Position numbers and translations under genes: made by a program. The notes below the pieces were generated by a model. That model saw only the letters and a program-made list of their open reading frames with translations, ran no database searches and had not been told where the DNA came from. 64,000 bases of DNA, from contig JACQJR010000001.1 of the NCBI GenBank assembly GCA_016204995.1, forward strand, positions 167,793 through 231,792. The letters run 5' to 3'. This document shows, in pieces, positions 38,257-51,173 of this stretch (its first letter is position 1; each line of letters starts with the position of its first letter). This stretch comes from Candidatus Microgenomates bacterium (GTDB taxonomy: Bacteria > Patescibacteriota > Microgenomatia > UBA8517 > JACQJR01).

Positions 38257-40751
38257 TTATCTAGATCTCCTAGTTTAGGGTAAAAAAGTGACGCTTTTCT
38301 AATATTTATTTTTGCCGGGAAATTTAATACTTGAATCTTTAATGACTTTACTTCTTTGCCAATATATATCGGTAAAATCGTATGAATATTTTGTATTCTA
38401 TTTATCTCAACTGGAATAATTTTTGATCGCCCCACCGGATAATCGGTGTTTTCATCAACTCTCCAAGAAATTTCTAAATTAATAAAGTTTTTTAGTATTT
38501 CTTTCAAATAATGCCGGGCTATTTCTTTACTAAAAAAATAGTCTTGAGGATTCTGTTTAACTAAAAAGTATTCATTAAAATTTATATCTTTATCATTGCT
38601 ATCAAAAAATTCTACTTCGTCAATCGCCGGAGTCAATCCTCCTCTGGTTTTATTAATAGTAATTTTAACAAATCTAGCTACTTGTTCTGGGATTTCGTCA
38701 ATAAAAAATTCGCCTGTCTTTATGATAGGAGCAGACTTGACAGTTTTTACTTCATGAAAGTCAAATCCATCTTTTGATAACTCAATTTTATAATCCGAGG
38801 GCAATCTTGCATACCAACTGGCAGTACGGGAGGAGGACCAAACAATACGATTAATATTTCTCTCCCTTTCTAAATCTAGCAATATAGATAATCCACCTTG
38901 ATGCCAGTTTTTGGGGATCCAAGTGGTACTATAATCTCCGTCAATTATATTAGAAACTTCATGTTCAAAACTTAAAGATTCTTCTTTTGTAGTAACGCTT
39001 ATATTTTTTGATAAAACATTTTCTTTAAAGAGTAATTTAAAGTATTTTTCTAGATCTTTAGATAATATCTGATTAGATTTATTTAAATAATTATTACTTG
39101 GAAAATCGGGATAGACCTTAAATTGCATATTAAGATACAAGGGGGCTGAGGTCGGCAAAGAAAGGTTATTAAAACTTATTACCCTATTGTATAAATCCCA
39201 ACCAAGATTTATTTGCCTACCATTTTTTAAAATTTCTCTAGTCTGCTCTGTTACATTAAGTAATTCTCTTCTCCTATAATGTAGGGCATACAGATGGTCT
39301 TCTGAAACCTTCAGTTTATTAAGAGTTTCTACTGCTTCAGCCGGAGACAAAACTAATTTAAAATTATCTGTCCTTTTTCCATAAAATCCAGCTGGCATCG
39401 CCAAAGCATTGGCATCTCTGGCAGAAACCAAAATACTGACCGGTGTTGGTTCCCCTTGGGTGATTAATAAAACATCATTATTATTCATCTCGGGAACATA
39501 CTCGCGTAGTGTTTGATAAAAATATTGCAAGTGGCTAATTGGATTCTCCCACCTATCCTTTATGACTTGATTGGACAAAATTGCATGGCTGATAATCCAA
39601 AATCCCAGGAAGAATAGGGTTAAAAACCTACTTCTTCTCTGCAGAATAACCAAAATTGTGCCTAAAAATCCAGCCAAGAAAGGAAAAATAACTATGTAAA
39701 ATCTATGACTAGAATACCACACGGCCGGAGAAACAATCACCAAACTAATCGCTAGCTGAAGAATAAATAGATTAATAATAATCGTTGACCCAAAGAAAAA
39801 TAATAATGACCGTTCTTTAATTTTTTTTATAAAGCAGGTTATTATTGTCGCAAGAATAAAAGATAATCCTACAATGCCGGCAAATACCTCAATAACAGTT
39901 AAATTAAATTTTTGATTCGTTGCTATATAGTTTAATAATTCCGCTGGGAAAAATATATTGCCCATATTTCTGGTATAAACTTCCATAAATTGCCCGATAT
40001 CAAAGTTAACATGGGCTCCTCTACTAGAATTAAACCCTAAGCTTTCTTTATAAAAGAAAAATCCTAATATAAAAATAAAGAACAGAAGAAATAAAAAAGA
40101 CTTTGGCAATTTTTTAATACTGTTAATTGTAAGTATTAGTAATGGTATCCAAACAAATAAAAGGAAGGAACGAAATTGAAAAAAATAAATAGCTGTAAGA
40201 GCGCTTACGATAAATCCCAATAAGTAAACAAGTTTAAATTGATTGAAATATGTAGATTTATTTTTCTTAAGATAGGAAGTTATAAAAATAAAAGATAACA
40301 AGCAGAGTATTAAAAAAACTGTATTGTTGGGGCCAGCGCCCATATTCCAAGTCAGAGCTTCAACACCAATGTACCCGCTAGCTACAATTAGCGATGAAAA
40401 AAGAGCCAAACTTTGGTTCCTAGATAATAATGATTTTACAAAAAAATAAAAAACAAGTATAAAAAGGAGAAATAAAATGAACGAGATTATATAATATCCT
40501 TTTGCTTCATAGCCGAAGAGCTGAAATAAGGGAGTAAAAAAGGGTTGTAAAAAATGATAGCCCGAAGCATCTGTAGCTGCCAGAATGCTATCTTTATCAG
40601 TGGGAAATTGTAGAGCATAGAATAAGAAAAAATCGTCATAGAAAAAATAATAATTTATAATTCGACCTACGCTTAGAATACAAAGAAAAAAAATACCAAG
40701 TAGGGAGAAAAAATCAATTTTTGATAGTTTGAAGATATTTCCCCATTTCAT
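38253..40751 (-). CDS. YfhO-like/GT-C polytopic membrane protein (group C) with C-terminal discoidin-like domain
   Basis: YYFFYDDFFLFYALQFP loop. VASGYIGVEALTWN. C-terminal SNIIDGDYSTTWIPKNW...IVWSSSRTASW...TRGGLTPAIDEVEFF. Confidence 0.5.
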   Translation of the reverse strand: MKWGNIFKLSKIDFFSLLGIFFLCILSVGRIINYYFFYDDFFLFYALQFPTDKDSILAATDASGYHFLQPFFTPLFQLFGYEAKGYYIISFILFLLFILVFYFFVKSLLSRNQSLALFSSLIVASGYIGVEALTWNMGAGPNNTVFLILCLLSFIFITSYLKKNKSTYFNQFKLVYLLGFIVSALTAIYFFQFRSFLLFVWIPLLILTINSIKKLPKSFLFLLFFIFILGFFFYKESLGFNSSRGAHVNFDIGQFMEVYTRNMGNIFFPAELLNYIATNQKFNLTVIEVFAGIVGLSFILATIITCFIKKIKERSLLFFFGSTIIINLFILQLAISLVIVSPAVWYSSHRFYIVIFPFLAGFLGTILVILQRRSRFLTLFFLGFWIISHAILSNQVIKDRWENPISHLQYFYQTLREYVPEMNNNDVLLITQGEPTPVSILVSARDANALAMPAGFYGKRTDNFKLVLSPAEAVETLNKLKVSEDHLYALHYRRRELLNVTEQTREILKNGRQINLGWDLYNRVISFNNLSLPTSAPLYLNMQFKVYPDFPSNNYLNKSNQILSKDLEKYFKLLFKENVLSKNISVTTKEESLSFEHEVSNIIDGDYSTTWIPKNWHQGGLSILLDLERERNINRIVWSSSRTASWYARLPSDYKIELSKDGFDFHEVKTVKSAPIIKTGEFFIDEIPEQVARFVKITINKTRGGLTPAIDEVEFFDSNDKDINFNEYFLVKQNPQDYFFSKEIARHYLKEILKNFINLEISWRVDENTDYPVGRSKIIPVEINRIQNIHTILPIYIGKEVKSLKIQVLNFPAKINIRKASLFYPKLGDLDK

Positions 40752-41380
40752 ACTTTATCGTTATATATAATGGCGCAGTTGTAAGAAAGAAAATATCTTA
40801 AGAAATGCAATTTATCAAATAGTTTTTCTAAAAAAATTATGGCTTTAAATATAGGAACATTTATGAAGGGCACAAAATGACTCTCAAAATTTATAAAATT
40901 GGTGTCGGAGAAATATTTTAATATTAAACCCTTGAACTTACTTTGCGGCAAGTGTTCATGCCCACCAATTTTAGTCATATGAATATAAAATAAAGGATTA
41001 TAACGATTGCCCTCAATTAAAATGATTATAGCCTTAGGAGCAGAAACCCTTTTAATTTCTTTTAAAACCCTCTCTGGATTATTAACATGATGAAGCACAT
41101 CTTTTAAGAAAATACCCGTAAATTGGCTGGACTTAAAAGGCAATTTTTCAGCATCACCTTTTAAGAACTTTAAATTTTCTACCCTATGACTGTTTTTTTT
41201 CCAATTAGGATGAATAGTAATATCTAAACCAACTACATTAGAGGCATATCTAGCAATTTCTTTGGCATCCTCACCATCACCACAACCAATATCCAGAACC
41301 ATTTTACCATCGAATTCCGCCAGCCCACCTATCCTTTGATAAAAATCTTTTTTAAAAAGTTTAAGTGTAGACATGGCCAA
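40748..41380 (-). CDS. Class I SAM-dependent methyltransferase
   Basis: VLDIGCGDGEDA motif I, acidic motif II (GLDI) and LKDVLHHV. Confidence 0.75.
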   Translation of the reverse strand: MAMSTLKLFKKDFYQRIGGLAEFDGKMVLDIGCGDGEDAKEIARYASNVVGLDITIHPNWKKNSHRVENLKFLKGDAEKLPFKSSQFTGIFLKDVLHHVNNPERVLKEIKRVSAPKAIIILIEGNRYNPLFYIHMTKIGGHEHLPQSKFKGLILKYFSDTNFINFESHFVPFINVPIFKAIIFLEKLFDKLHFLRYFLSYNCAIIYNDKV

Positions 41381-41458
41381 GATTATTATATACCCACTCC
41401 AACTTCCGTACTAATCATATGGGTATATACGAATACCTTAAAGATTATAATAAGATGA

Positions 41459-43619
<2,161 letters not shown>

Positions 43620-43634
43620 TTAATTAGAATAAAG

Positions 43635-44474
43635 TCAATGCTTCTTGGAATATAAAATTGACGCTATTAATCCCAATAATGCTCCAGTCATCTCCACACT
43701 CCTCATTAATAAAAGTCCAAAGGCTAATACCGGATGACTAATTAATTTACGCCACTTCCTAAAAAAGACTGGTCTAAATAACAAATTACCTTGGCTGCTA
43801 ATCATTTCCGGATGTCTTTGTAAATAACTTAAGGCATGAGAAGCATAATAGAATTTCTTTTTAGCAGAGCGAGTTATGGAAAATCTTCCTTCATTATGCA
43901 AGATAAAACTTTTAATACGAGAAATTTTTACTCCATCTTTTTTCATTCTTAAAGGTAAATCCCAATCTTCCGGTCCGGTAATTGATAAATCATAGCCACC
44001 AGATTTTCGAAAAATATTTGTCCTAAAAAAACGTGCTGCCTCAATATCTGACTCTCCCAAGTAAAATTCTCGTTCATAAACTTTAACTTTAGTCCAGAAA
44101 CCTTCACCAAAGGACTTTTCAGGAATTACCAAAGCCCCTATCAAGGGGGACTTCTCTAGTTTATTTACGCATTGTTCCACTACCAGCTTAGTTAATCTCA
44201 TATCCGAATCAAGTATTAAAATATATTTACCACTAGCCTGCTTTACACCAAAATTTCTTTGGGCCGACCTCTCTGGACCTTTGTTGTAGACTTTTCTGGT
44301 GTATTCTCTAGCAATTTCGGTAGTTCTATCTGTTGATTTATTATCAACTAAAATTATTTCTATTTTTGGATAGGTCTGTTTTCTAATACTTTCTAAAAGA
44401 GCACTTAAAGTCGTAGCAGAATTTCGGGTGGTAATTATGACAGAAACCAAAGGAAGCTTTTTCAATTTTAACAT
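43635..44474 (-). CDS. GT2 family glycosyltransferase
   Basis: VSVIITTRNS...IILVDNKSTDRT...ILILDSD. Confidence 0.75.
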   Translation of the reverse strand: MLKLKKLPLVSVIITTRNSATTLSALLESIRKQTYPKIEIILVDNKSTDRTTEIAREYTRKVYNKGPERSAQRNFGVKQASGKYILILDSDMRLTKLVVEQCVNKLEKSPLIGALVIPEKSFGEGFWTKVKVYEREFYLGESDIEAARFFRTNIFRKSGGYDLSITGPEDWDLPLRMKKDGVKISRIKSFILHNEGRFSITRSAKKKFYYASHALSYLQRHPEMISSQGNLLFRPVFFRKWRKLISHPVLAFGLLLMRSVEMTGALLGLIASILYSKKH

Positions 44475-44518
44475 TTAGTTTTGATATGATATACTCATTA
44501 GACTGCAATTTGCAACCA

Positions 44519-45463
44519 ATGGCAAAGAGACAAAGCTTCTCCTTCGTTATCCCTGCCAAAAATGAAGAAGAGTCAGTTACTATTCTTTATAAAGAAATAA
44601 TTACATCATTAAGAGGGCTGTATAATCCTTTCGAAATTATTTTCGTGGATGATGGATCAACGGATCAAACTTTTACCAAACTTGTACAAATTAGAAAATT
44701 TGATAAAAGGGTAAAAATAATTCAATTACGTGGTAACTTTGGTAAATCCATAGCACTTCAGGTAGGTTTTGACCATGCTAAAGGAAATCTTATCTTTACC
44801 ATGGATGCAGACTTACAAGATAATCCCGCTGATATAAAATTATTTTTAGATAAAATAGGTCAAGATTATGATTTGGTATCAGGTTGGAAAAAGAAAAGAT
44901 TGGATCCTAATTTAAGTAAGGTAATACCATCTCGGATTATTAATTTCTTAACTAGATTTTTAACCCATGTTCAACTCCATGATATTAACTGTGGCTTTAA
45001 GGCTTACAAGAAGGAGGCTATTCAAAGTATAAATTTATATGGAGAGCTATATAGGTTTATACCAATACTGGCTGCTAAACAAAACTTTAGAGTTGGTGAA
45101 GTTGTCGTTTCCCATAGACAAAGAAAATATGGCAAAACCAAGTTTGGTTGGGAAAGAGGCATTAAAGGAATCTTAGATTTAGTCACTATTGTCTTTTTAA
45201 CTGGTTACGTCCAAAGACCAAGCCATTTCTTTGGCGGGTTAGGATTAGGATCATTTTTTGTAGGTTTTGTCATCGGTGCTTATATACTTTGGTTAAGAAT
45301 TACTACCGGTAGTATCCAGTATAGACATCCATTACTATTCTTGGGGATGTTACTGATGATTATCGGAGTACAGTTGATTTCTACCGGTTTACTTGCCGAA
45401 ACTATTGTTTACACAAAGAGTAAATTAGATTATACTTCTAAGATCAAGAAGATACTATTTTAA
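44519..45463 (+). CDS. GtrB/ArnC/Dpm1-like polyprenyl-phosphate glycosyltransferase (GT2 with C-terminal TM helices)
   Basis: FSFVIPAKNEE...IIFVDDGSTDQT...MDADLQD plus two C-terminal TM helices. Start at MAKRQS. The ORF-track start was 44486. Confidence 0.75.
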   Translation: MAKRQSFSFVIPAKNEEESVTILYKEIITSLRGLYNPFEIIFVDDGSTDQTFTKLVQIRKFDKRVKIIQLRGNFGKSIALQVGFDHAKGNLIFTMDADLQDNPADIKLFLDKIGQDYDLVSGWKKKRLDPNLSKVIPSRIINFLTRFLTHVQLHDINCGFKAYKKEAIQSINLYGELYRFIPILAAKQNFRVGEVVVSHRQRKYGKTKFGWERGIKGILDLVTIVFLTGYVQRPSHFFGGLGLGSFFVGFVIGAYILWLRITTGSIQYRHPLLFLGMLLMIIGVQLISTGLLAETIVYTKSKLDYTSKIKKILF

Positions 45464-45471
45464 GATAATAT

Positions 45472-46482
45472 ATGGCTAGAAAAAAGAAGGCTTTAATTAC
45501 CGGAATTACCGGCCAAGATGGATCTTATTTGGCTGAATTCCTTTTATCTCGGGGGTATGAAGTTTCCGGCATCATTAGAAAAACTAGTAACCATAAACAT
45601 CTCAATCTCAGTCATATCCAACAGCAAGTTAATTTACTTTATGGAGATTTATTAGACCCACCTTCGTTGGCCTCTATTATTAAAAAAGTTAATCCCGATG
45701 AGGTTTACAATTTAGCTTCCCAATCTTCCCCTTCTGAATCATTTAAGCAACCAATGCATACAGCTGAAATCACCGGCATTGGCGCTCACCGAGTCCTAGA
45801 GGCAGTTAGACATATCACGCCTCATGCCAGATTCTATCAGGCTTCAAGCAGTGAAATGTTTGGTTGGGTCAAGGAAATCCCCCAAAATGAAAACACCCCT
45901 TTTAACCCGGCCAATCCCTATGCCGCAGCCAAGCTATACGCCCATTCAATTGCCAGAATTTATCGCGCCAGCTACAATATATTCGTCGCTTGTGGCATTC
46001 TCTTTAACCATGAATCACCCCGCCGGGGTATGGACTTTGTTACTCAAAAAGTTACTTATGCTGCTGCTTGTGCTAAATTAGCCATTAAAAATTCAGATTA
46101 TTTAAACGAAGAAGGCGAACCAATAGTCAAAAATTCCAAGGTATCTCTGGGAAACTTAGATGCTAAACGAGATTGGGGCTTTACTGGCGATTATGTAGAA
46201 TCAATGTGGTTAATGTTGCAATATTCAAAGCCTGATGATTTTGTTATTGCTACAGGAGAAACACATACAGTTCGCGAACTTTGCAAAGAAGCTTTTTCCT
46301 ATGTTGGCTTAAACTGGAAGAATTTTGTGAAGGTTGATAAACGTTTTATCAGACCGACAGAAACTGGTCCTCTGATTGGAGATTATAGCAAGGCAAAAAA
46401 GATTCTAGGTTGGCAACCAAAAGTAAATTTTAAAAAATTAATATCTATGATGGTAGACGCTCACCTTGAAGCGTTAAAGTAA
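45472..46482 (+). CDS. gmd: GDP-mannose 4,6-dehydratase
   Basis: ALITGITGQDGSYLAEFLL. YAAAK. FNHESPRRG are hallmark Gmd motifs. Confidence 0.85.
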   Translation: MARKKKALITGITGQDGSYLAEFLLSRGYEVSGIIRKTSNHKHLNLSHIQQQVNLLYGDLLDPPSLASIIKKVNPDEVYNLASQSSPSESFKQPMHTAEITGIGAHRVLEAVRHITPHARFYQASSSEMFGWVKEIPQNENTPFNPANPYAAAKLYAHSIARIYRASYNIFVACGILFNHESPRRGMDFVTQKVTYAAACAKLAIKNSDYLNEEGEPIVKNSKVSLGNLDAKRDWGFTGDYVESMWLMLQYSKPDDFVIATGETHTVRELCKEAFSYVGLNWKNFVKVDKRFIRPTETGPLIGDYSKAKKILGWQPKVNFKKLISMMVDAHLEALK

Positions 46483-46504
46483 AAGTAGAACCTACTAATT
46501 AAAT

Positions 46505-47263
46505 ATGTCTTCATTTAAGAATGAGAATAATTCTTCGCTATCTATATTCTTTCCTTGTTATAACGACCAATACAGTATTAAAAAATTAGTAGAAGATGCT
46601 TTTAAAACCGCCAAATCCATAACTTCAGATTGTGAAGTTATCGTCATTGATGATGGGTCAAAGGATAATAGTAAAACAGTTTTAAAAAATTTAGCCAAAA
46701 AATATAAAAATCTTAACTTAATATTTCATGAGAAAAATATGGGCTATGGCGCCGCCTTAAAGAGTGGTTTTAAATCTGCTACTAAAAATTTAATTTTCTA
46801 TACTGATGGGGATGGACAATACGATGTCAAAGAATTACCTATTTTGCTAAGTTTAATGACTGATGATGTAGATTTTATTAATGGATTTAAGATGTCCAGA
46901 AATGATCCTAGCATCAGAATCGTAATTGGTAACATTTATAGCTTTCTTACTCGTTGGTTATTTTGGATTCCAGTCTATGATGTTGATTGTGATTTTAGAT
47001 TAATACGGAGAAAATTACTACAAAGTTTAGATTTAAAAAGTAACAGCGGTTCAATTTGCATTGAATTAGTTAAGAAAGCCCAGTTAAAGGGCGCTAAATT
47101 TCGCCAGGTATCAATACACCATTACGAGAGAAGATGGGGACAATCACAATTTTTTCAGCTTGAGAGACTATTGTCAACTTTTAGAGAATTAATTTTCCTC
47201 TGGATTAAATTAATTATTATTGATAAATTAATTAAAAGGCATTCTTCTTATGGAAATTGCTGA
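46505..47263 (+). CDS. GT2 family glycosyltransferase, Dpm1-like
   Basis: LSIFFPCYND...VIVIDDGSKDNS...YTDGDGQ. Confidence 0.7.
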   Translation: MSSFKNENNSSLSIFFPCYNDQYSIKKLVEDAFKTAKSITSDCEVIVIDDGSKDNSKTVLKNLAKKYKNLNLIFHEKNMGYGAALKSGFKSATKNLIFYTDGDGQYDVKELPILLSLMTDDVDFINGFKMSRNDPSIRIVIGNIYSFLTRWLFWIPVYDVDCDFRLIRRKLLQSLDLKSNSGSICIELVKKAQLKGAKFRQVSIHHYERRWGQSQFFQLERLLSTFRELIFLWIKLIIIDKLIKRHSSYGNC

Positions 47264-48002
47264 ATATGAAAATATCTACAAAAATGAGTCATCTCATTTT
47301 TTATATACCTCACGGCACAAAATTATTATCAACTTAGTTAGAAAATATTTCAGAAAAAGCCATGCCTTGAAAATACTAGATGCTGGATGTGGTACGGGGT
47401 TATTTGCTAAAAAACTAGCTAAATTTGGAGATGTAACTGGAATAGATATTAGTTCCCGAGCATTAAAATTTGCCCAAAAAAGAGGTATTAAAACCAAAAA
47501 GGCCTCTGTCATTAAATTACCTTTTAAAGAAAATTATTTTAACTTGTTAGTTTCCATTGATGTTCTTTATCATCGGGCTGTAGAAGATGATGTAAAAGCT
47601 TTGAAAGAATTCTTTCGGGTTTTAAAACCCAATGGATTATTAATTATCCGCCTGCCAGCTAATAAATGGATTAAGACTATTCATGATCAACATGTTCATA
47701 CCCGCCAAAGATATGACAAAGTTGAGCTAAGAAATAAACTAATTAAAGTAGGTTTTGCTATTGAGAAATTATATTTTGTGGATGGTCTATTATTACCTAT
47801 CTCTTTACTGCAAAGTTTGTGGCAGAAAGTTGTTCCCGCCAAGACAACAGAATCTGCCGTTAAACCACTGCCAAAACTGATCAATAACATGCTCGCTTAT
47901 TTACTATCGCAAGATGTGGAATGGCCATTTGGTATCGGATTAATAGCAGTTGGCAGAAAACCATTAAGACACAAAATAACCCCGAGTAAAAAGACCAGTT
48001 AG
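47250..48002 (+). CDS. Class I SAM-dependent methyltransferase
   Basis: ILDAGCGTGLFA motif I. IDIS. VLYH...LKPNGLLII. Confidence 0.75.
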   Translation: MEIAEYENIYKNESSHFLYTSRHKIIINLVRKYFRKSHALKILDAGCGTGLFAKKLAKFGDVTGIDISSRALKFAQKRGIKTKKASVIKLPFKENYFNLLVSIDVLYHRAVEDDVKALKEFFRVLKPNGLLIIRLPANKWIKTIHDQHVHTRQRYDKVELRNKLIKVGFAIEKLYFVDGLLLPISLLQSLWQKVVPAKTTESAVKPLPKLINNMLAYLLSQDVEWPFGIGLIAVGRKPLRHKITPSKKTS

Positions 48003-49106
48003 TAAAAATCCTAAAATTAAATAAATAACTCCAGTAATAAATATTACGTGTTTTCTATCCTTTATTAATAGAGCCAAGCCTAAAAAGCCCGGGAAAAGAT
48101 GAAGTATATATCGCGGAGTACCGGCTAAAACTCCGGTAAACGAAATTAAAGCAAGTAATACCAACATAAAAACACCGTAAGATAGTCTCACTTTTTTCAA
48201 AACAAAAATTGATAAAGCTATATATAAAATCGTTGTCGCTAATTCTAATATTGCTATCCAATAAACAAGTAGATGTTTGTCAACATAAATTAGTATTTTT
48301 ATATACCTAAAAATTGTCTGGGCTGGCATGATAAACCTTTGTTGGTGCCAGGCGATCATTGACTTTTGAAAAAGGAGAAAGTCACCAAAGAATATCTGTA
48401 AATACATCATATAGATAATTATTCCCAGTCCTGTCAAAGATAGAGCAATGAAGCCAGTTTTTAAAAATTTCATCATGGATTTTTTTGAAATAAAAAATTT
48501 TTTCTTTTTAAAAAGCGCCTCGTTTTGTAAATACCATTCCACTGCTAAAGCTGGTAGCAAAGCAAGTCCAGATAAACGAGTCAAAACGGTTAAGCCGCCA
48601 AAAACTCCTGCCAAATGCCAACGGCCACGTCTGGCAAAATAGAAACTTGAAGTAGATAATAACAAAAATAATGAATCTGGATAAACTGCCTGATAAAAAA
48701 ACGCCAGAGGAAAAAAAGATAACAATATCAGGGCAAAATTTGCCAATCTTTCTGGATAATCAATCCTAATTATTTTATAAACCACCCATAAGCCTAAATA
48801 AAAGGAAACTAATGATATTAATATCCCAGCATAGAGAGAAGGAATTTTGAAAATTATATTTAACAAATAAACTAGTAAAGGGTAAAGAGGAAAAAAGGCA
48901 AAATTAAAATTTTGATAACCATTAGTCACAATATCTAAAAAATGCCTACCATCAAAATTAGCCCAAATCCAAACCCAATAGGGAGCTAGGTTATCAACTT
49001 GTTTACCCAGATAACCTTCCTGTAAATGTATTGATGAAGAAGCAATAAAAGCTAGCAGCAGAAAAAATACTCTTGATTGTAACATTAATTTTAGGAACGG
49101 ATTCAT
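47964..49106 (-). CDS. Polytopic membrane protein, GT-C-like (PIG-V/DUF2029-like mannosyltransferase fold candidate)
   Basis: N-terminal TM plus WANFDGRHFLDI loop. About 10 TM helices. Confidence 0.35.
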   Translation of the reverse strand: MNPFLKLMLQSRVFFLLLAFIASSSIHLQEGYLGKQVDNLAPYWVWIWANFDGRHFLDIVTNGYQNFNFAFFPLYPLLVYLLNIIFKIPSLYAGILISLVSFYLGLWVVYKIIRIDYPERLANFALILLSFFPLAFFYQAVYPDSLFLLLSTSSFYFARRGRWHLAGVFGGLTVLTRLSGLALLPALAVEWYLQNEALFKKKKFFISKKSMMKFLKTGFIALSLTGLGIIIYMMYLQIFFGDFLLFQKSMIAWHQQRFIMPAQTIFRYIKILIYVDKHLLVYWIAILELATTILYIALSIFVLKKVRLSYGVFMLVLLALISFTGVLAGTPRYILHLFPGFLGLALLIKDRKHVIFITGVIYLILGFLLTGLFTRGYFVS

Positions 49107-51172
49107 TGTGATAATCCAAAAACTTTTACTTTAGTAATCTTTAGAATACATGAATCAGGATTTTGAGTATCTAGAAATAAAAATTTTCCACTTCTAGCGG
49201 GGAGCAAAAAGACAAAAGTGTTTTTATCGCTCTTTAACCATTGTGTAGGTATTTGAGGATAATCAATAGTTTCTGGTTCTTGTCTCCAATTAATCCCATC
49301 ATTAGACACACGAATATAACCACCCACTTGGTGATTATCACAGTTTTTATCAAGATGCTTAATTTCCAATCTAGTTAGGAATATTTCTTGTTTAAGTTCT
49401 ATTTTAATTATATTATCTTTAATACCAAGGTTATTAACCATATATTCCCGTTCTTTTTCAAAACCAGGCTTAGTATGGGCTAGGTCATTTTTCCAGATTT
49501 TTAGTAAAGATACCCCATCAACTTTTATCTCATGAACCGGAGTCAAAAACATATCGTAGTAAGCAAAACCATACCAAGACTTAGGCGGCCAATCATGGGC
49601 TATCTCCATCACATATTCACCTTGCCTTTGTGGTCCACTCGGATAGGAATTAGAAAAATATATATCCGGCCTTAACTTAGAACGAGGCACGTTGGTCATA
49701 ACGTTAATTGGCAGCCCTAATTTGGCATCTGCCGGCGCATTTTGATTTAACCATTCTACTCCTTGTAAGTAGACATTGCCGTAGCTATTACCCCAAGAAG
49801 GAATATTTCTTTCTTGGGCACCGGATAAACCACCTATTAATTGATTAAAATAAACATTTTCATTAGGATGAATTTCTATTAATTCTCTGCCTATAAAAAT
49901 AAATGATAGAACTACAACTAATATAGCTGATGCAGACAAAAATTTATTTTTGATGTGCAATATTCCAAAAATACTTATCCCACATATAATTGCCAGTACA
50001 GGCAAGAATTCCATAATTTGTCTAACTCCTCCGTAAATATTTGCCCCAGGCAAAGACACTCGTGCTAAAGGCACCCATAACCAAAGTAAAGTTAACAAGG
50101 CTATATCACTTTTCCTTTTAATTAATAAATAAAGGGAAAACAATAAACCGATACCACTCATAATTAAAATTGGTAAGGGAGTAGTATAAATTATCCATTT
50201 GATAGGATAAGTATTAAAACCGAACAATATATACTTTTCCATACTGGTCGGTGTACCCAAACCAATACCTTGATAGTAATTAATTACTTCTCCTAACCTT
50301 CCCCAGTCAGACCATAAAAATGGCCAAAAAGCCAAGAAGATACCTATAACAATTACTGGAAACAAGAATAAGGATAAAATTATTCTTAAATTCAATGTGA
50401 TTTTTTTGGTTAGCAAACCAAAAACAAACCAGGGCCCTACTATAAGTGGTAAAAATAAAGCGTTAAATTTTGTTCCCAAAGCAAAACCGACAAGCACAGC
50501 TGATAAAACGATTAACTTGAAATTTTTAAGTTTAGCGCCAAAAAAGAAACTAATAATAGATAACCCAAAAAAAGAAGCCTCGGTTGGGTCTTTAATATTA
50601 AAATGACTTTCAGCAAAAAATAAAGGATAAAGAGCAAGAGATAAAGAGGCAGTTACTGATGGCCATAAACCAAAGTTATAATAAACAAAAATTCCTACCC
50701 CTAGAACTAATAAAGAGGCTATTACTATCTCAAATAAATGATATGATTCAATATCATCTGTGACGCCCAACTTTTGATAAAAAATATAGTTAAAGAAGGC
50801 AGAAAAAATATCACTAGTAGGCGGATGGCCTCCATCAAATCCGTTAACAAATAAAGAAAAGTTAAAAACATCAGACTGATAATAACTGCGACGAAAAGAA
50901 GGATCAGTAGGATTAGTATTTTTAATGCTATTTTTATAAAGCGGCGATTCCCCGGCCCTGTCTATAAAATCAGAGGTTCCTCGCAACTCTGGATATGAAG
51001 GCAAATCTAAAAAATCCCTCTTACCAGTTAAAAAATAATGTAAATATGCCTGTCCTCTTTGAAAATGTAACGATTCATCCCAATCAATACCATAATCGGA
51101 TAACGTTATAATTCCAATTATTAAAAATAAAATTGGTACGACGAAAATCGCAATCTTCTTAAAAAGTTGCAT
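49103..51172 (-). CDS. GT-C glycosyltransferase (group B; PMT/ArnT/COG1807-like) with C-terminal periplasmic domain
   Basis: The loop-1 motif DYGIDWDESLHFQRGQ carries the conserved DE. AESHFNIKDP. Multi-TM. Paralog of 51174..53162 and 58913..60937. Confidence 0.55.
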   Translation of the reverse strand: MQLFKKIAIFVVPILFLIIGIITLSDYGIDWDESLHFQRGQAYLHYFLTGKRDFLDLPSYPELRGTSDFIDRAGESPLYKNSIKNTNPTDPSFRRSYYQSDVFNFSLFVNGFDGGHPPTSDIFSAFFNYIFYQKLGVTDDIESYHLFEIVIASLLVLGVGIFVYYNFGLWPSVTASLSLALYPLFFAESHFNIKDPTEASFFGLSIISFFFGAKLKNFKLIVLSAVLVGFALGTKFNALFLPLIVGPWFVFGLLTKKITLNLRIILSLFLFPVIVIGIFLAFWPFLWSDWGRLGEVINYYQGIGLGTPTSMEKYILFGFNTYPIKWIIYTTPLPILIMSGIGLLFSLYLLIKRKSDIALLTLLWLWVPLARVSLPGANIYGGVRQIMEFLPVLAIICGISIFGILHIKNKFLSASAILVVVLSFIFIGRELIEIHPNENVYFNQLIGGLSGAQERNIPSWGNSYGNVYLQGVEWLNQNAPADAKLGLPINVMTNVPRSKLRPDIYFSNSYPSGPQRQGEYVMEIAHDWPPKSWYGFAYYDMFLTPVHEIKVDGVSLLKIWKNDLAHTKPGFEKEREYMVNNLGIKDNIIKIELKQEIFLTRLEIKHLDKNCDNHQVGGYIRVSNDGINWRQEPETIDYPQIPTQWLKSDKNTFVFLLPARSGKFLFLDTQNPDSCILKITKVKVFGLSQ

Positions 51173-51173
51173 G

